DNA of 64,000 nucleotides from an uncultured Desulfobacterales bacterium (GCA_937998305.1 CALLDL010000120.1:6554-70553), one strand, 5' to 3'. Counted from the first letter of the stretch, positions 51,300 to 61,986 are shown. Notes: generated by a model from the letters alone, not told the origin. Made by a program: numbers and translations.

Positions 51300-51560
51300 A
51301 TGAAAACGGGATTAATTGTGTATGTTGTTGGAACAGAGCCTGTCGATTGGGATGCGGATTCTGAATTGAGAGCCATCCAGCAAAGCAGTCGAGCTGACCT
51401 GGTTGAGATCATCACCGTCAAATCGGGTCATTTTGATGTTTTGGATGCCTGGTGGTCCCTTTTGACCAGAGGAATGAAGCGAATTGTCTGTATCATTGGA
51501 GAATTTACTCCAAACGGCAATCTGACCCTTAAGGGACGTAAGCTTTGTCTGTGTGAATAG
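51300..51560 (+). CDS. B12-riboswitch-controlled 86-aa hypothetical protein
   Basis: Strong AAGGAGGTG RBS; ATG 51300; ends in CLCE. Confidence 0.8.
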   Translation: MKTGLIVYVVGTEPVDWDADSELRAIQQSSRADLVEIITVKSGHFDVLDAWWSLLTRGMKRIVCIIGEFTPNGNLTLKGRKLCLCE

Positions 51561-51660
51561 GAAATAGGGCGGTTGTCATATTCAGACGATGTTTTTAGCG
51601 GATTAGAATACAAACCTCAACACCCCCGATTGAGGCCTTGGCCCAATTGGGGGTTTAACT

Positions 51661-51839
51661 AGTTTCCATCCATAAATGGCCTTTATCAGCAATCTCGGCG
51701 CTTACCCTGTGAAATGCGAAGCCTATTTCTCTGGGGTCAATCTGCGGGATTCCTTGTGCGACGTACTATAGTACGTCTCTTCGTAATCCCCTGATTTCCT
51801 TGATCTTGCGCAAAAATTCTAATTTCTGGATTGGAAACT
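51661..51839. mobile_element. MITE-like palindromic element with nested hairpin
   Basis: Ends AGTTTCCATCCATAAAT / ATTTCTGGATTGGAAACT; central GACGTACTATAGTACGTC palindrome. Confidence 0.6.
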
Positions 51840-51872
51840 CAATAGTGTCCAATATTTATTCGTGGATGGACA

Positions 51873-52685
51873 TTAACCAAGATCATAAAGTTCAGGTCTT
51901 CTGTTGGGCAAAAAGTATCGCATCCGGTGCTCTCTTACTCGGTCGAGGTCTTCGGATTTTAGATCAGCAAGAACAAGACTTTCCTTGTCGCTCAAAATTT
52001 TATTAATAACGTTTCCGGATGGCCCAATGATCACTGCGATACCTGGAAAACGAAGCCCTTTTTCATTTTCCCCGGTTTGGTTGCAGGCGACGATAAATAG
52101 GCCGTTATCAAACGCTCTTGCTGTGAGATGGCGCATCCATGATCTGTATTTCTCTTCGGGTGTTCCTCTTGGGGAGGCATGAGGAATAAAAATCAGATCA
52201 GCACCTTTTATTGCCATGTGGGTGGAAAGCTCAGGGAAATGGGCATCATAACAAAGTTGTATGCCGAACTTGACGCCCCTTGCATCAAACAAAGGAATCG
52301 TATCGCCTGGTGTGAAAATGTCTTGTTCAGGAGGGGCGATGTGTAACTTTCGATAGACGCCCACAAACCCGTCTGGTTTTATGACCAGGTGGCTGGAAAA
52401 AATATGACCTTTTACATCTTTTTCAACAATTCCTGCCAAAATGATAATCTTTTGGGATTTGGACAAATTTGAAAGATCTTCGGTTATAGGACCGGGAACA
52501 GGTTCTGCCGCATTCTTAATCCCCTTAAGATTACTGTAGCCCGTGATATTCAATTCAGGAAAACATATGACTTGGGCACCTTCATTTTTTGATATCTTTA
52601 TCCAGTGGACCATGGCGTCAAGATTACGACGCACATCTCCTGAAACTGAACGAAAGATCATGGCTGCAATACGGATGTCTTGCAT
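51873..52685 (-). CDS. Nitrilase/carbon-nitrogen hydrolase family protein
   Basis: FPELNITGY, YRKLH, LCYDAHFPE catalytic E-K-C triad, ARAFDN. Confidence 0.9.
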   Translation of the reverse strand: MQDIRIAAMIFRSVSGDVRRNLDAMVHWIKISKNEGAQVICFPELNITGYSNLKGIKNAAEPVPGPITEDLSNLSKSQKIIILAGIVEKDVKGHIFSSHLVIKPDGFVGVYRKLHIAPPEQDIFTPGDTIPLFDARGVKFGIQLCYDAHFPELSTHMAIKGADLIFIPHASPRGTPEEKYRSWMRHLTARAFDNGLFIVACNQTGENEKGLRFPGIAVIIGPSGNVINKILSDKESLVLADLKSEDLDRVREHRMRYFLPNRRPELYDLG

Positions 52686-52767
52686 AACGAATTTAGTACC
52701 TCAGTTGAGACAATACTGTCGGTTGTAGGGTATGATACGATGAATCCGGGTAATTGATGTATAAAAA

Positions 52768-53223
52768 TTAAAGATCAAAATGTGCTTTAATTTTATACAT
52801 TTTGGTTGCAGGCAGGTTTATAATTCCCTTTACACTTGTCTCCTGAGAGATATTTTCAAGGTTATTTTTTATTTCATCCATGGATTGAGCGATAAAGGTG
52901 AACCAGATGTTATACTTATTATCCCGCCGGTAGTTATGGGTTACTCCCGGATAACGGTTAACGGCCCTGGCAAAACGGTCAATTTTGCCTTGGGAGACCT
53001 TTGCCGCACAGAGAGTACTGACAAATCCTAATTTTTCAGGAACAAAATTGCCGCCGATCCGGCGGATAATTCCTTTTTTCTTCAGCCGTTTTAGTCTCTT
53101 GATAACTTGATCTTCCGAAAGATTAAGGTTTTCAGCAATTGAAAGATAGGGGCGTGTTGTTATAGGAAAGTCGGATTGAATCCGATTGAGTATCATTCGG
53201 TCAATTTCATCTATTGACAGCAT
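52768..53223 (-). CDS. ahbA: Siroheme decarboxylase alpha subunit
   Basis: IQSDFPI..RPY, IIRRIG, STLCAAKV, GVTHNYRR, NIWFT. Confidence 0.85.
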   Translation of the reverse strand: MLSIDEIDRMILNRIQSDFPITTRPYLSIAENLNLSEDQVIKRLKRLKKKGIIRRIGGNFVPEKLGFVSTLCAAKVSQGKIDRFARAVNRYPGVTHNYRRDNKYNIWFTFIAQSMDEIKNNLENISQETSVKGIINLPATKMYKIKAHFDL

Positions 53224-53226
53224 GGT

Positions 53227-53631
53227 TTACTCCTGAAATTGTTCTTTTATCAAACGCACATGGACCTTTCTGGTTCGGGGGCCGTCAAATTCACAGAAAA
53301 ATATTCCCTGCCACGTACCCAGGATCAGTCGGTCATTTTCTACGGCGATCAGTTCTGAAGGCCCGATAAGAGTGGATTTGATATGGGCCGGCGAATTTCC
53401 TTCCAGATGACGATATCCCGCCTTCCAGGGTATAATGGTGTTGATGACCATTAAGATATCATCTTTAACACTCGGATCAGCACTTTCATTAATAGTTATG
53501 GCAGCAGTTGTGTGCGGGACATAAAGCATACAGAGCCCCTGGTCGATGCCTGCAGAAAGGACGATATCCTGAATTTTAGAAGTAATATCGATTAGTTCCG
53601 TCCTGTTTGTCGATTTGATTGTGCAGATCAT
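53227..53631 (-). CDS. yjbQ: YjbQ/UPF0047 family protein
   Basis: PHTTAAITINE, HLEGNSPAHIK, LGTWQGIFFCEFDGPR. Confidence 0.9.
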   Translation of the reverse strand: MICTIKSTNRTELIDITSKIQDIVLSAGIDQGLCMLYVPHTTAAITINESADPSVKDDILMVINTIIPWKAGYRHLEGNSPAHIKSTLIGPSELIAVENDRLILGTWQGIFFCEFDGPRTRKVHVRLIKEQFQE

Positions 53632-53643
53632 ATCATCTCTCCA

Positions 53644-53687
53644 TTACAAAAAAAAGCTCTGCAAAAATGCAGAGCTTTTTTTTGTAA
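53644..53687. terminator. Bidirectional terminator after dsrC
   Basis: A-run-GCTCTGCA-AAAA-TGCAGAGC-T-run, a perfect hairpin. Confidence 0.85.
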
Positions 53688-53716
53688 AATGGGTAAACTA
53701 ATTTTCGTCTTTTTTA

Positions 53717-54034
53717 TTAGACACATCCCGTGGGCTTCGGAAGACCGGCCATCTTACATGCTCCCTTGCCGGGGCCTGAAGGGAACAGTTCATAAATATG
53801 TTTCAGTTTAAAACCAGTTACTTTTGAGAGGATCCGAACCATGGGAGCAATCCCATTTTTTTCATAGTATTCCTGAAGAACCGTAATCACCTTCTTGTGC
53901 TCATCATTCAATTCTTCAATCCCTTCCTGATGCTTTACCCACTGCACCCACTCTTCACAATAGCTTTCGTAGGTATCGATAAAGCCGTCTTCATCTACGG
54001 TAAATGTCTTTCCCATATACTCAACTGTTGCCAT
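53717..54034 (-). CDS. dsrC: Dissimilatory sulfite reductase sulfur carrier DsrC
   Basis: VDEDGF, APMVRIL, YELFPSGPGKGACKMAGLPKPTGCV (CX10C). Confidence 0.95.
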   Translation of the reverse strand: MATVEYMGKTFTVDEDGFIDTYESYCEEWVQWVKHQEGIEELNDEHKKVITVLQEYYEKNGIAPMVRILSKVTGFKLKHIYELFPSGPGKGACKMAGLPKPTGCV

Positions 54035-54280
54035 TCAAAACCTCCTTTTTACTTTAATTATTTTTTTGGCGTTCTGCCTATACCTTTCTTTAAAAAGAAT
54101 TAAAACAATTATCTGATTGATTTGTCAATGTCAATATGAAAAATATAAATACTTTTTATTTGATAAAGATAATGTATTTTAAATTTTTGATTGCTTTAAC
54201 TGCAATGCTGATTTTATTTGAAAGCAAAAAAGATATCCTGTAAGTGATGCTTAATTTGAAAAACTTGAAAAGGATAATCG

Positions 54281-55216
54281 ATGTATTTTAAGGGTGTTAA
54301 GCCAAAGGTGATTGTAATATGCGGACCAACGGCTTTGGGGAAAACATCTACGGCCATTCATCTTGCAAAACACTTCGATGGTGAGATTATCGGCGCTGAT
54401 TCAATGCAAATATACAGATATATGGATATCGGAACAGCCAAGCCCACATTGGACGAGCAAGCTCGTGTCAAACACCATATGATTGATTTCGTAAATCCGG
54501 ATGAACATTTTGATGCCAGGAAGTATGCAAGCCTGTCCCGTGAAAAGGTTATGGAACTTTGTGGACAAAAGATAATCCCTTTTGTTGTCGGGGGGACAGG
54601 ACTTTATATCAAAGCACTCTTTCACGGTCTTTTTAAAACCGAAGCATCAGACTCCGATATCCGTGGCCGTTTAAAAGCCGAAGTTCAGGCCCGCGGAAAC
54701 GATTATTTATACAAAAGATTATGTCGGCAGGATCCCGACACTGCAAAAAAGATACACCCTAACGACACATACAGGATCGTGAGAGCTTTGGAAGTATACG
54801 CCTTAACTGGAAAAACGCTTTCGGAACTCCACCAGGTCCATGGTTTTAAAGACAGTCCGTTTGTCGTTCTGAAAATCGGTCTTCATATCCATCGGGAAAT
54901 ACTTTATGATCGTATTAACAAAAGAGTGGAGATAATGATCAACAGTGGTTTTGTTAACGAGGTAAAACGACTGCTGGCAATGAGGTATTCGCCGGAGCTG
55001 AAATCCATGCAGTCTATCGGTTATCGTCATATCGTCAATTTTATAGAAGGTCATTGCACATGGGATGAGACGGTAAGGACGCTGAAGCGGGATACAAGAA
55101 GATATGCAAAACGTCAAATGACATGGTTCAAAGCGGATCCGGAAGTCATATGGAAAGAACCGGAAGCCTTAGAGGATATCAAAGGGTTGATAAAAAAATT
55201 CTTGCAAGAAGGATAG
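54281..55216 (+). CDS. miaA: tRNA dimethylallyltransferase
   Basis: GPTALGKT, DSMQIYRYMDIGTAKP, VGGTGLY, TRRYAKRQ. Confidence 0.97.
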   Translation: MYFKGVKPKVIVICGPTALGKTSTAIHLAKHFDGEIIGADSMQIYRYMDIGTAKPTLDEQARVKHHMIDFVNPDEHFDARKYASLSREKVMELCGQKIIPFVVGGTGLYIKALFHGLFKTEASDSDIRGRLKAEVQARGNDYLYKRLCRQDPDTAKKIHPNDTYRIVRALEVYALTGKTLSELHQVHGFKDSPFVVLKIGLHIHREILYDRINKRVEIMINSGFVNEVKRLLAMRYSPELKSMQSIGYRHIVNFIEGHCTWDETVRTLKRDTRRYAKRQMTWFKADPEVIWKEPEALEDIKGLIKKFLQEG

Positions 55217-55229
55217 AGATATATCAATA

Positions 55230-55500
55230 AGTAAAGAATCCTGGCCCGGAGGACCGGGCATTGGTTTGTCCCTGATAAGGGGCAGTTTGTCACCGAATCG
55301 ATTCAGTGTGAAGTGACTAAAGTGAGCTAAAGTGCCTATTTATCCCTTATTCATCGGGGAAGTTAAGGCGTTGCTTTACTCCACTGGTTTTTTATATAAT
55401 TGGCAGAATTCCTTAACTTTAGCTCACTTCAAACTTTTATCCTGATTCGTATGGCAGAGCCAATTAACTCTGGCCACGCCCACAAAACGTGGTTTTCAAG
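55230..55500. repeat. Composite palindromic intergenic repeat
   Basis: Tandem AAGTGACTA/AAGTGAGCTA/AAGTGCCTA; arm AAGTGAGCTAAAGT (55320) pairs with ACTTTAGCTCACTT (55416); GCCCGG-AGGA-CCGGGC hairpin. Confidence 0.55.
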
Positions 55501-55516
55501 GTTTAAATGGATTATC

Positions 55517-57175
55517 ATGAAAATAGCCATAGCACAGATAAATCCGATTATCGGCGACTTTAAACACAATTTTGACAAGATGAAGCATTTTGCAAATCAG
55601 GCCATAAAGCTTCAATGTGATCTTGTTGTCTTTTCAGAACTCGTGGTTACAGGATACCCACCTCGAGATCTTCTTGAAAGAAGGGATTTTATCGATGCGA
55701 ATCTTGCCTGTTTAGAACGGCTGATGACCTCCATCCGCGGAATCGGGGTGATATGCGGCTTTGTGGACAAAAATCCTGCGGGAAAAGGAAAACCGTTATA
55801 TAATACGGCCGTTCTTTTTGAAGACGGCAACATTGTTCATAAGGTTCATAAAAGGTTACTGCCGACGTATGATATATTTGATGAGCGGCGATACTTTGAA
55901 CCCGGCAGGAAAAGTCTGCCATGTTCGTACAAGGGACACAGAATAGGGCTTACAATTTGTGAAGATGCTTGGAATGACGAAGATATTTTTCAAAAGAGAA
56001 TTTATGCTCATGACCCCGTGGCTCAGAATGTTCAAGCCGGGGCTGATCTGGTGATCAATATTGCCGCATCTCCTTATTATCTGGGACAAGATAAATTCAG
56101 GCAAAACATGTTCGCGTTTATGGCACAAAAATTCAGGCTTCCCTTTATGTTTGCCAACCAGGTTGGCGGCAATGACAGCATTCTTTTCGACGGGTCAAGT
56201 TCTGTTTTCGACAAAAATGGTAAAGTGATTGCCAGGGCTTCAGACTTTTCAGAAGATATTGTGATCTTTGATTCAAAAACATTACAAGCCAGCAAAGACA
56301 GCATCCACAACATTTCACAATCGGATACGGAATCTATATTAAAGGCCTTGGTTATGGGAACCCATAACTATGTGACCAAATGCGGTTTTTCCAAAGTGGT
56401 TATCGGTTTGAGTGGGGGTATAGATTCAGCTCTGACCGCATGCATTGCAGTCAGGGCTTTGGGTCCAGAGAATGTTTCTGTGGTTTTTATGCCGTCTCCG
56501 TATACATCTAAAGAAAATTTTGAAGATACACAAAAGCTGGCCGCGAACCTGGGTGTGGTTCTGACCACCATCCCCATTAAAAGCATGTTTAAAGAATTTT
56601 TAAGGTTTCTCTCACCTGCGTTTAAAGACACCGAACCGGATATTACGGAACAAAACATCCAGGCCAGAATCAGAGGCACCATCCTTATGGCACTTTCCAA
56701 CAAACATGGTGCACTTGTTCTCTCCACAGGCAACAAGTCTGAACTTGCCGTTGGGTATTGTACGCTCTATGGCGATATGACCGGCGGCTTGGCTGTCATT
56801 TCGGACATTCCAAAAACCATGGTTTATGATCTTGCGCATTTTATTAATCAGAAAAAAGAGTTAATTCCTCCCCGAATCATTACCAAAGCGCCTTCCGCCG
56901 AACTCAAACCTGATCAAATCGACCAGGATGACCTGCCGCCTTATGACATTCTGGATGCGATTTTAAAAGGGTACATCGAAGAGGTTAAGGGAATCGAAGA
57001 TCTGGTTCAAATGGGGTTTGATAAAAGGGTTGTCGAGGATGTTATTTTCAGGGTTGACAGGAATGAATATAAACGGCATCAGGCGGCGCCGGGTCTTAAG
57101 GTGACGTCAAAGGCGTTTGGTTATGGCAGAAGATATCCACTGGCGCAGCGGTACACAGGAAAATCCAAACTATAG
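55517..57175 (+). CDS. nadE: Glutamine-dependent NAD+ synthetase
   Basis: Nitrilase domain (LTICEDAW) plus GLSGGIDS, NIQARIRG, TGNKSE, PSAEL. Confidence 0.95.
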   Translation: MKIAIAQINPIIGDFKHNFDKMKHFANQAIKLQCDLVVFSELVVTGYPPRDLLERRDFIDANLACLERLMTSIRGIGVICGFVDKNPAGKGKPLYNTAVLFEDGNIVHKVHKRLLPTYDIFDERRYFEPGRKSLPCSYKGHRIGLTICEDAWNDEDIFQKRIYAHDPVAQNVQAGADLVINIAASPYYLGQDKFRQNMFAFMAQKFRLPFMFANQVGGNDSILFDGSSSVFDKNGKVIARASDFSEDIVIFDSKTLQASKDSIHNISQSDTESILKALVMGTHNYVTKCGFSKVVIGLSGGIDSALTACIAVRALGPENVSVVFMPSPYTSKENFEDTQKLAANLGVVLTTIPIKSMFKEFLRFLSPAFKDTEPDITEQNIQARIRGTILMALSNKHGALVLSTGNKSELAVGYCTLYGDMTGGLAVISDIPKTMVYDLAHFINQKKELIPPRIITKAPSAELKPDQIDQDDLPPYDILDAILKGYIEEVKGIEDLVQMGFDKRVVEDVIFRVDRNEYKRHQAAPGLKVTSKAFGYGRRYPLAQRYTGKSKL

Positions 57176-57176
57176 G

Positions 57177-58091
57177 TTAACCATCAACATGCTTTCCCTG
57201 CCATGAATTCCTTTTTTCAAGCGTTTCTCTAATTTGAGCGATGGTTTCCATCTTTTTAAGGGACCATGTGGGTGCCACCAGTTCATTTGGATGTGGATCT
57301 CCGGTAAGACGTTGAATAATCACATGTTTTGGAATACGTTCCAAAAAATCACAGACGATATCTATGTATTCATTTTGCTCCAGACATTTGTATTTGTTCG
57401 TGCGGTAAAGCGTATCCAGTTTTGTGCCCTTTACAACGTAAAGGAGATGAAGTTTGATACCGTCTATTTCCATATCGGCAACAGCCCGAGCTGTTTGAAG
57501 CATATGAACCTTTTTTTCCTGGGGAAGGCCGAGAATCACATGGGCACAGATATTGATACCCCTGTTTTTCGTTGCATCCACAGCCGCTTTGAAACACTTG
57601 AAATCATGCCCCCGGTTGATCAATGCAAGGGTAGAATCATTGGCCGATTGCAGACCGTATTCGATCCAAACCAGATAATTGTCTACATATTCCTGTAAAA
57701 GATCCAGTATCGGTTCGTCGATACAATCCGGTCTTGTGCCGATGGAAATTCCAACCACATCTTCAACGCTAAGGGCCTGTTCATATAGATGTTTAAGCGT
57801 GTTAAAAGGCCCATAGGTGTTTGTAAATGACTGGAAATAGGCTATAAATTTTTTTGCTTTGTAGCGTTTAAACAGTGCGCTTTTCGCTGTTACAATCTGA
57901 TCGATAACCGAAAGTCCTTTTGTATGGGCTCCCGTGCCGGAGCCTCTTACATTACAGTAGATACATCCGCCTGTGGAGATGGTTCCGTCCCTGTTTGGAC
58001 AGGAAAGGCCGGCATCAATGGTGATTTTTTGAACTCTGCATCCAAAGATATCTTTCAGATAGGTATTAAAGTCATTGTATCGTTGACGCAT
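57177..58091 (-). CDS. TIGR01212/YhcC-family radical SAM protein
   Basis: SCPNRDG..GGCIYC, YFQSFTNTY, IGTRPDC, EYGLQS, INRGH. Confidence 0.9.
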   Translation of the reverse strand: MRQRYNDFNTYLKDIFGCRVQKITIDAGLSCPNRDGTISTGGCIYCNVRGSGTGAHTKGLSVIDQIVTAKSALFKRYKAKKFIAYFQSFTNTYGPFNTLKHLYEQALSVEDVVGISIGTRPDCIDEPILDLLQEYVDNYLVWIEYGLQSANDSTLALINRGHDFKCFKAAVDATKNRGINICAHVILGLPQEKKVHMLQTARAVADMEIDGIKLHLLYVVKGTKLDTLYRTNKYKCLEQNEYIDIVCDFLERIPKHVIIQRLTGDPHPNELVAPTWSLKKMETIAQIRETLEKRNSWQGKHVDG

Positions 58092-58328
58092 TTTACTCGG
58101 TATTGGGAAATGAGTATCGGTTCAAGTTTGTTTTTGGCGAATTAATGATTAATTTAGCAGGTTAATATATACATTTTTGCATAAAAGATGTAAAATAATT
58201 AATGATAAATTCGAAAAACATCGAATTTGTCTAGGGTTAGATGCCCAAACACGAAATACAAAATATTTTCGATAAATGATTTTATTCTGGCTTTCTACGA
58301 AACCATAATAAAAGCAAAATCATTGTCT

Positions 58329-60239
58329 ATGGATGTTTATAAAAAAAAGTATGATATTATTGTCGTTGGTGCCGGCCATGCCGGATGTGAGGCTGCGCTT
58401 GCTGCTGCCCGAATGGGTTGCTGTGTACTTCTTTTTGCCATAGATCTGGATAAGGTGGCGTCCATGCCCTGTAGTCCATCCATTGGAGGCATGGCAAAAG
58501 GTCAGCTTGTAAAGGAGATCGATGCCTTGGGTGGTGAAATGGCGAAGATTACGGATAAAACTGCGATACAGTATAGAACCCTGAACACCAAAAAAGGCCC
58601 TGCCGTCCATTCTTCCCGTACGCAAAACGATAAAATCCGGTATCACATGGCCATGAAGGCCGTCATTGAAAAACAGCCGAACCTCGATCTGAAGCAAGCC
58701 ATGGTGGAACGGCTTGTGGTGGAAGACGGCAGGATTGTCGGGGTGGAGGATCAAACCGGTTTCGGATACCAGGCTGATGCTGTTGTTCTGGCCACGGGAA
58801 CTTTTTTAAGCGGTCTGGTTCATATCGGATTTAATTCTTTTAAAGCTGGAAGGGCCGGTGAATTTGCATCCTACGGCCTCCCTTCTCATCTGAAAGACCT
58901 TGGATTTAAACTTGGAAGGATGAAGACCGGTACACCGCCCAGACTCAAAAAATCGAGTGTTGATTTTAATGCATTTACAGCCCACGGTGCAGAGGAGCAA
59001 CCTGTGCCGTTCTCGTTTTTTACGGAAAAGATTACCCTGCCGCAAATTCCAAGCTTTATCGGCCATACCAACAAGAAAAGCCACAAGATTATACAAGAGA
59101 ATCTAAAGCGTTCGGCCCTGTATGGTGGTATTATAAAAGGGATTTCGGCTCGCTACTGCCCTTCTTTCGAAGACAAGATCGTCAGATTCCCGGACAAGGA
59201 AAGGCACCAGGTCATTCTTGAACCTGAAGGTCTTGACACCCATGAGATTTATGCCAGCGGACTCGGAAACAGCATGCCAATGGAAATCCAGATTCAATTT
59301 GTCAGATCCGTCAAGGGGTTGGAATCGGCGGAGATCATGCGGCCTGCCTATGCCATAGAGTACGATTATGTAAATCCTGTCCAGCTTAAGCCAACCCTTG
59401 AAACGAAGTTGATTTCAGGCCTGTTTATGGCCGGTCAGATTAATGGAACGTCGGGTTACGAAGAGGCTGCTGCTCAGGGAATTTGGTCAGGAATCAATGC
59501 CGCTTGCAAGGTTCAGAAAAGACAGCCCTTTATTCTTGACCGCTCCCAGGCATATATGGCTGTCATGGTCGATGACCTGGTGACGCGGGGTACACGGGAA
59601 CCTTACCGCATGTTTACGTCAAGAGCGGAATATAGATTGATGCTTCGGGAAGATAATGCCGATATAAGATTGATGGAAATCGGACATGAAATTGGCCTTA
59701 TCAACCATGATGCTTTAATGGATGTGCAAGAACGGAAAAAGCAAATTTCCGATGAGATCAAGAGAATTAAGTCCACTGTTATAAAACCCGGGAAGGAAAT
59801 AAACGATTATCTCGTTCATCAAGGGACAACACCCTTAAAAAGTGGTATGTATCTTGATCAGCTTCTTAAAAGAGCCGAACTTAATTACAGTGCTGTTGAT
59901 GCTTTGGCGAAAAACCCGGACAACATCAGCAGCAAGGTGGCCCGGCAAGTGGAAACAGAGATTAAATATGAGGGCTATATACACCGTCAGCTAAAAGAAA
60001 TCGAAAAATTTAAAAACATGGAAAGGATGAAAATACCTGACAATTTTGATTTTAATAGGGTGCACGGCCTTTCCAACGAACTCAAAGAAAAGCTTTCTGC
60101 GGTCATGCCGTCTTCTTTGGGCCAGGCGTCACGTATAGACGGTATCACCCCTGCCGGACTTTCAGTAATTATGGTCGCCATCAAAGCTGCTGAGAGACAG
60201 ACATCTGAAATCGGAAGTCGACCGTCGAATGGCCCTTGA
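58329..60239 (+). CDS. mnmG: tRNA uridine 5-carboxymethylaminomethyl modification enzyme
   Basis: VVGAGHAGCEAA, CSPSIGG, KTGTPPR, RYCPSFEDK, AGQINGTSGYEEAA. Confidence 0.97.
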   Translation: MDVYKKKYDIIVVGAGHAGCEAALAAARMGCCVLLFAIDLDKVASMPCSPSIGGMAKGQLVKEIDALGGEMAKITDKTAIQYRTLNTKKGPAVHSSRTQNDKIRYHMAMKAVIEKQPNLDLKQAMVERLVVEDGRIVGVEDQTGFGYQADAVVLATGTFLSGLVHIGFNSFKAGRAGEFASYGLPSHLKDLGFKLGRMKTGTPPRLKKSSVDFNAFTAHGAEEQPVPFSFFTEKITLPQIPSFIGHTNKKSHKIIQENLKRSALYGGIIKGISARYCPSFEDKIVRFPDKERHQVILEPEGLDTHEIYASGLGNSMPMEIQIQFVRSVKGLESAEIMRPAYAIEYDYVNPVQLKPTLETKLISGLFMAGQINGTSGYEEAAAQGIWSGINAACKVQKRQPFILDRSQAYMAVMVDDLVTRGTREPYRMFTSRAEYRLMLREDNADIRLMEIGHEIGLINHDALMDVQERKKQISDEIKRIKSTVIKPGKEINDYLVHQGTTPLKSGMYLDQLLKRAELNYSAVDALAKNPDNISSKVARQVETEIKYEGYIHRQLKEIEKFKNMERMKIPDNFDFNRVHGLSNELKEKLSAVMPSSLGQASRIDGITPAGLSVIMVAIKAAERQTSEIGSRPSNGP

Positions 60240-60387
60240 CACGTTGAAGCTTTTAACTTATTTTTATTGTTGAAAAAAATGATCATCGACGATATGAATG
60301 TGCCAATAAAGTAAAAAATGCTGACCCAAAGAGACAGGTTTGACGAAACCGTCAAGATTGATTTTAAAATAATGAGGTAATTGCAAG

Positions 60388-61302
60388 ATGGCAGAAACAG
60401 ATTACTATAAAATACTCGGTGTGAACAAAACCGCTTCTAAAAATGAGATCAAGAAGGCGTATCGAAAACTCGCCATGAAGTATCATCCGGATCATACCAA
60501 AGGAGATAAAAGCGCCGAGGAAACATTTAAAAATATCAGTGAAGCTTATGCTGTTTTGAGTGATAAAGAAAAACGAAAACAGTATGATACATTCGGTTCA
60601 GCCGGATTCCAGCAACGGTATTCACAGGAAGATATTTTTAAAGGTTCCGATTTTGAAAGTATATTAAGTGAATTGTTCGGTGGATCCGGCCGTTTTGGCG
60701 GTGGTGGAAGGGGTATGCGATTTTCCTTTGATGGCGGCGGCCCGTTTGGCAGTTATCAAAGACAGCAGCAGGCTCATCCAAAAGGATCTGATCTTGAATA
60801 TGAGCTTCCTTTGACCTTGGAGGAAGTGGCAGCGGGGACCCAAAAAATCGTATCTTTTCAGCACAAAGGCCATAGCGAAAAGATAACAGTAAAAATACCA
60901 AAAGGAATGATTTCCGGAAAAAAATTAAGGGTTTCCGGAAAGGGTGAACCCAGCCCATACGGTGGTCCCACAGGAGATCTGTATATTAAATCAAAAGTGC
61001 TTGATAATCCGGTCTATGATGTCCAAGCACAGGACCTATATATCAATCGAGACATAAAGCTGAGTGAGGCAATTCTGGGCACGAATATTTCTGTTCCGAC
61101 ATTGAGCGGCAAAGAATTAAAACTGAAAATACCCGCTGGTACAAAACACAAAACAAAAATGCGTCTGTCCGGACATGGACTTCCCCATATGCACGGTAAA
61201 GGCCAAGGGGATCTTTATGTTCATATCCATGTCAATATGCCAAAGCGCCTGACCAAAAAACAAAAAGGTCTCATTGAACAATTGGCAGAGACCGGCTTGT
61301 AA
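60388..61302 (+). CDS. Class B DnaJ/CbpA-type co-chaperone
   Basis: J domain with YHPD, G/F-rich region, two C-terminal subdomains, no zinc finger. Confidence 0.9.
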   Translation: MAETDYYKILGVNKTASKNEIKKAYRKLAMKYHPDHTKGDKSAEETFKNISEAYAVLSDKEKRKQYDTFGSAGFQQRYSQEDIFKGSDFESILSELFGGSGRFGGGGRGMRFSFDGGGPFGSYQRQQQAHPKGSDLEYELPLTLEEVAAGTQKIVSFQHKGHSEKITVKIPKGMISGKKLRVSGKGEPSPYGGPTGDLYIKSKVLDNPVYDVQAQDLYINRDIKLSEAILGTNISVPTLSGKELKLKIPAGTKHKTKMRLSGHGLPHMHGKGQGDLYVHIHVNMPKRLTKKQKGLIEQLAETGL

Positions 61303-61452
61303 AACAATGCATTTATTGATAGAATGTAGAGCACAAGGAATATTTTTCAATGGGATCATTGACAAGAATTTCCGTTCAATGTATTTTTGTTTTCAATTAG
61401 ATAAATTGGCCTTTTATTAAAATGCCAAAAAAGGACCTTATAGATTCTCATT

Positions 61453-61971
61453 ATGCCTGAACTCGTACCCGTCCTGTCGAAAAACGATATCGACAGCCTG
61501 GTCACACAGGTTGCACAGAGGATTTCTACTGACTATCGGAATCATGACCTTATTATTATCGGCGTATTGAAAGGCGTATTTGTCTTTTTATCTGATCTTG
61601 TCCGGTGCCTTGATATCCCTGTTCAAATCGATTTTATTCGCGTTTTCAGTTATGGTTCTGATGTGTCTTCCTCTGGAGAGATCCGTTTAACCAAGGATAT
61701 AGAGGTTGATATAAAAGATAAAGATGTGCTCATTGTAGAGGATATTGTGGATACAGGCTTGACTTTAAAATATATTATCGATTATTTGAGATCTTATCAC
61801 CCAAAGACGATCAAGGTGTGTGTCTTTATTGACAAACACGAGCGTCGTGAGGCAGATATTGCAATCGATTATAGTTGCCATGATGTAGCCAAAGGGTTTC
61901 TTGTTGGTTATGGCCTTGATTATAATGAAGACTATAGGTATTTATCGGGGATTTATCACCTTAAACTATAA
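61453..61971 (+). CDS. hpt: Hypoxanthine phosphoribosyltransferase
   Basis: GVLKG, VLIVEDIVDTGLTL, VGYGLDY. Confidence 0.95.
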   Translation: MPELVPVLSKNDIDSLVTQVAQRISTDYRNHDLIIIGVLKGVFVFLSDLVRCLDIPVQIDFIRVFSYGSDVSSSGEIRLTKDIEVDIKDKDVLIVEDIVDTGLTLKYIIDYLRSYHPKTIKVCVFIDKHERREADIAIDYSCHDVAKGFLVGYGLDYNEDYRYLSGIYHLKL

Positions 61972-61986
61972 CCATTGGGGTATACT

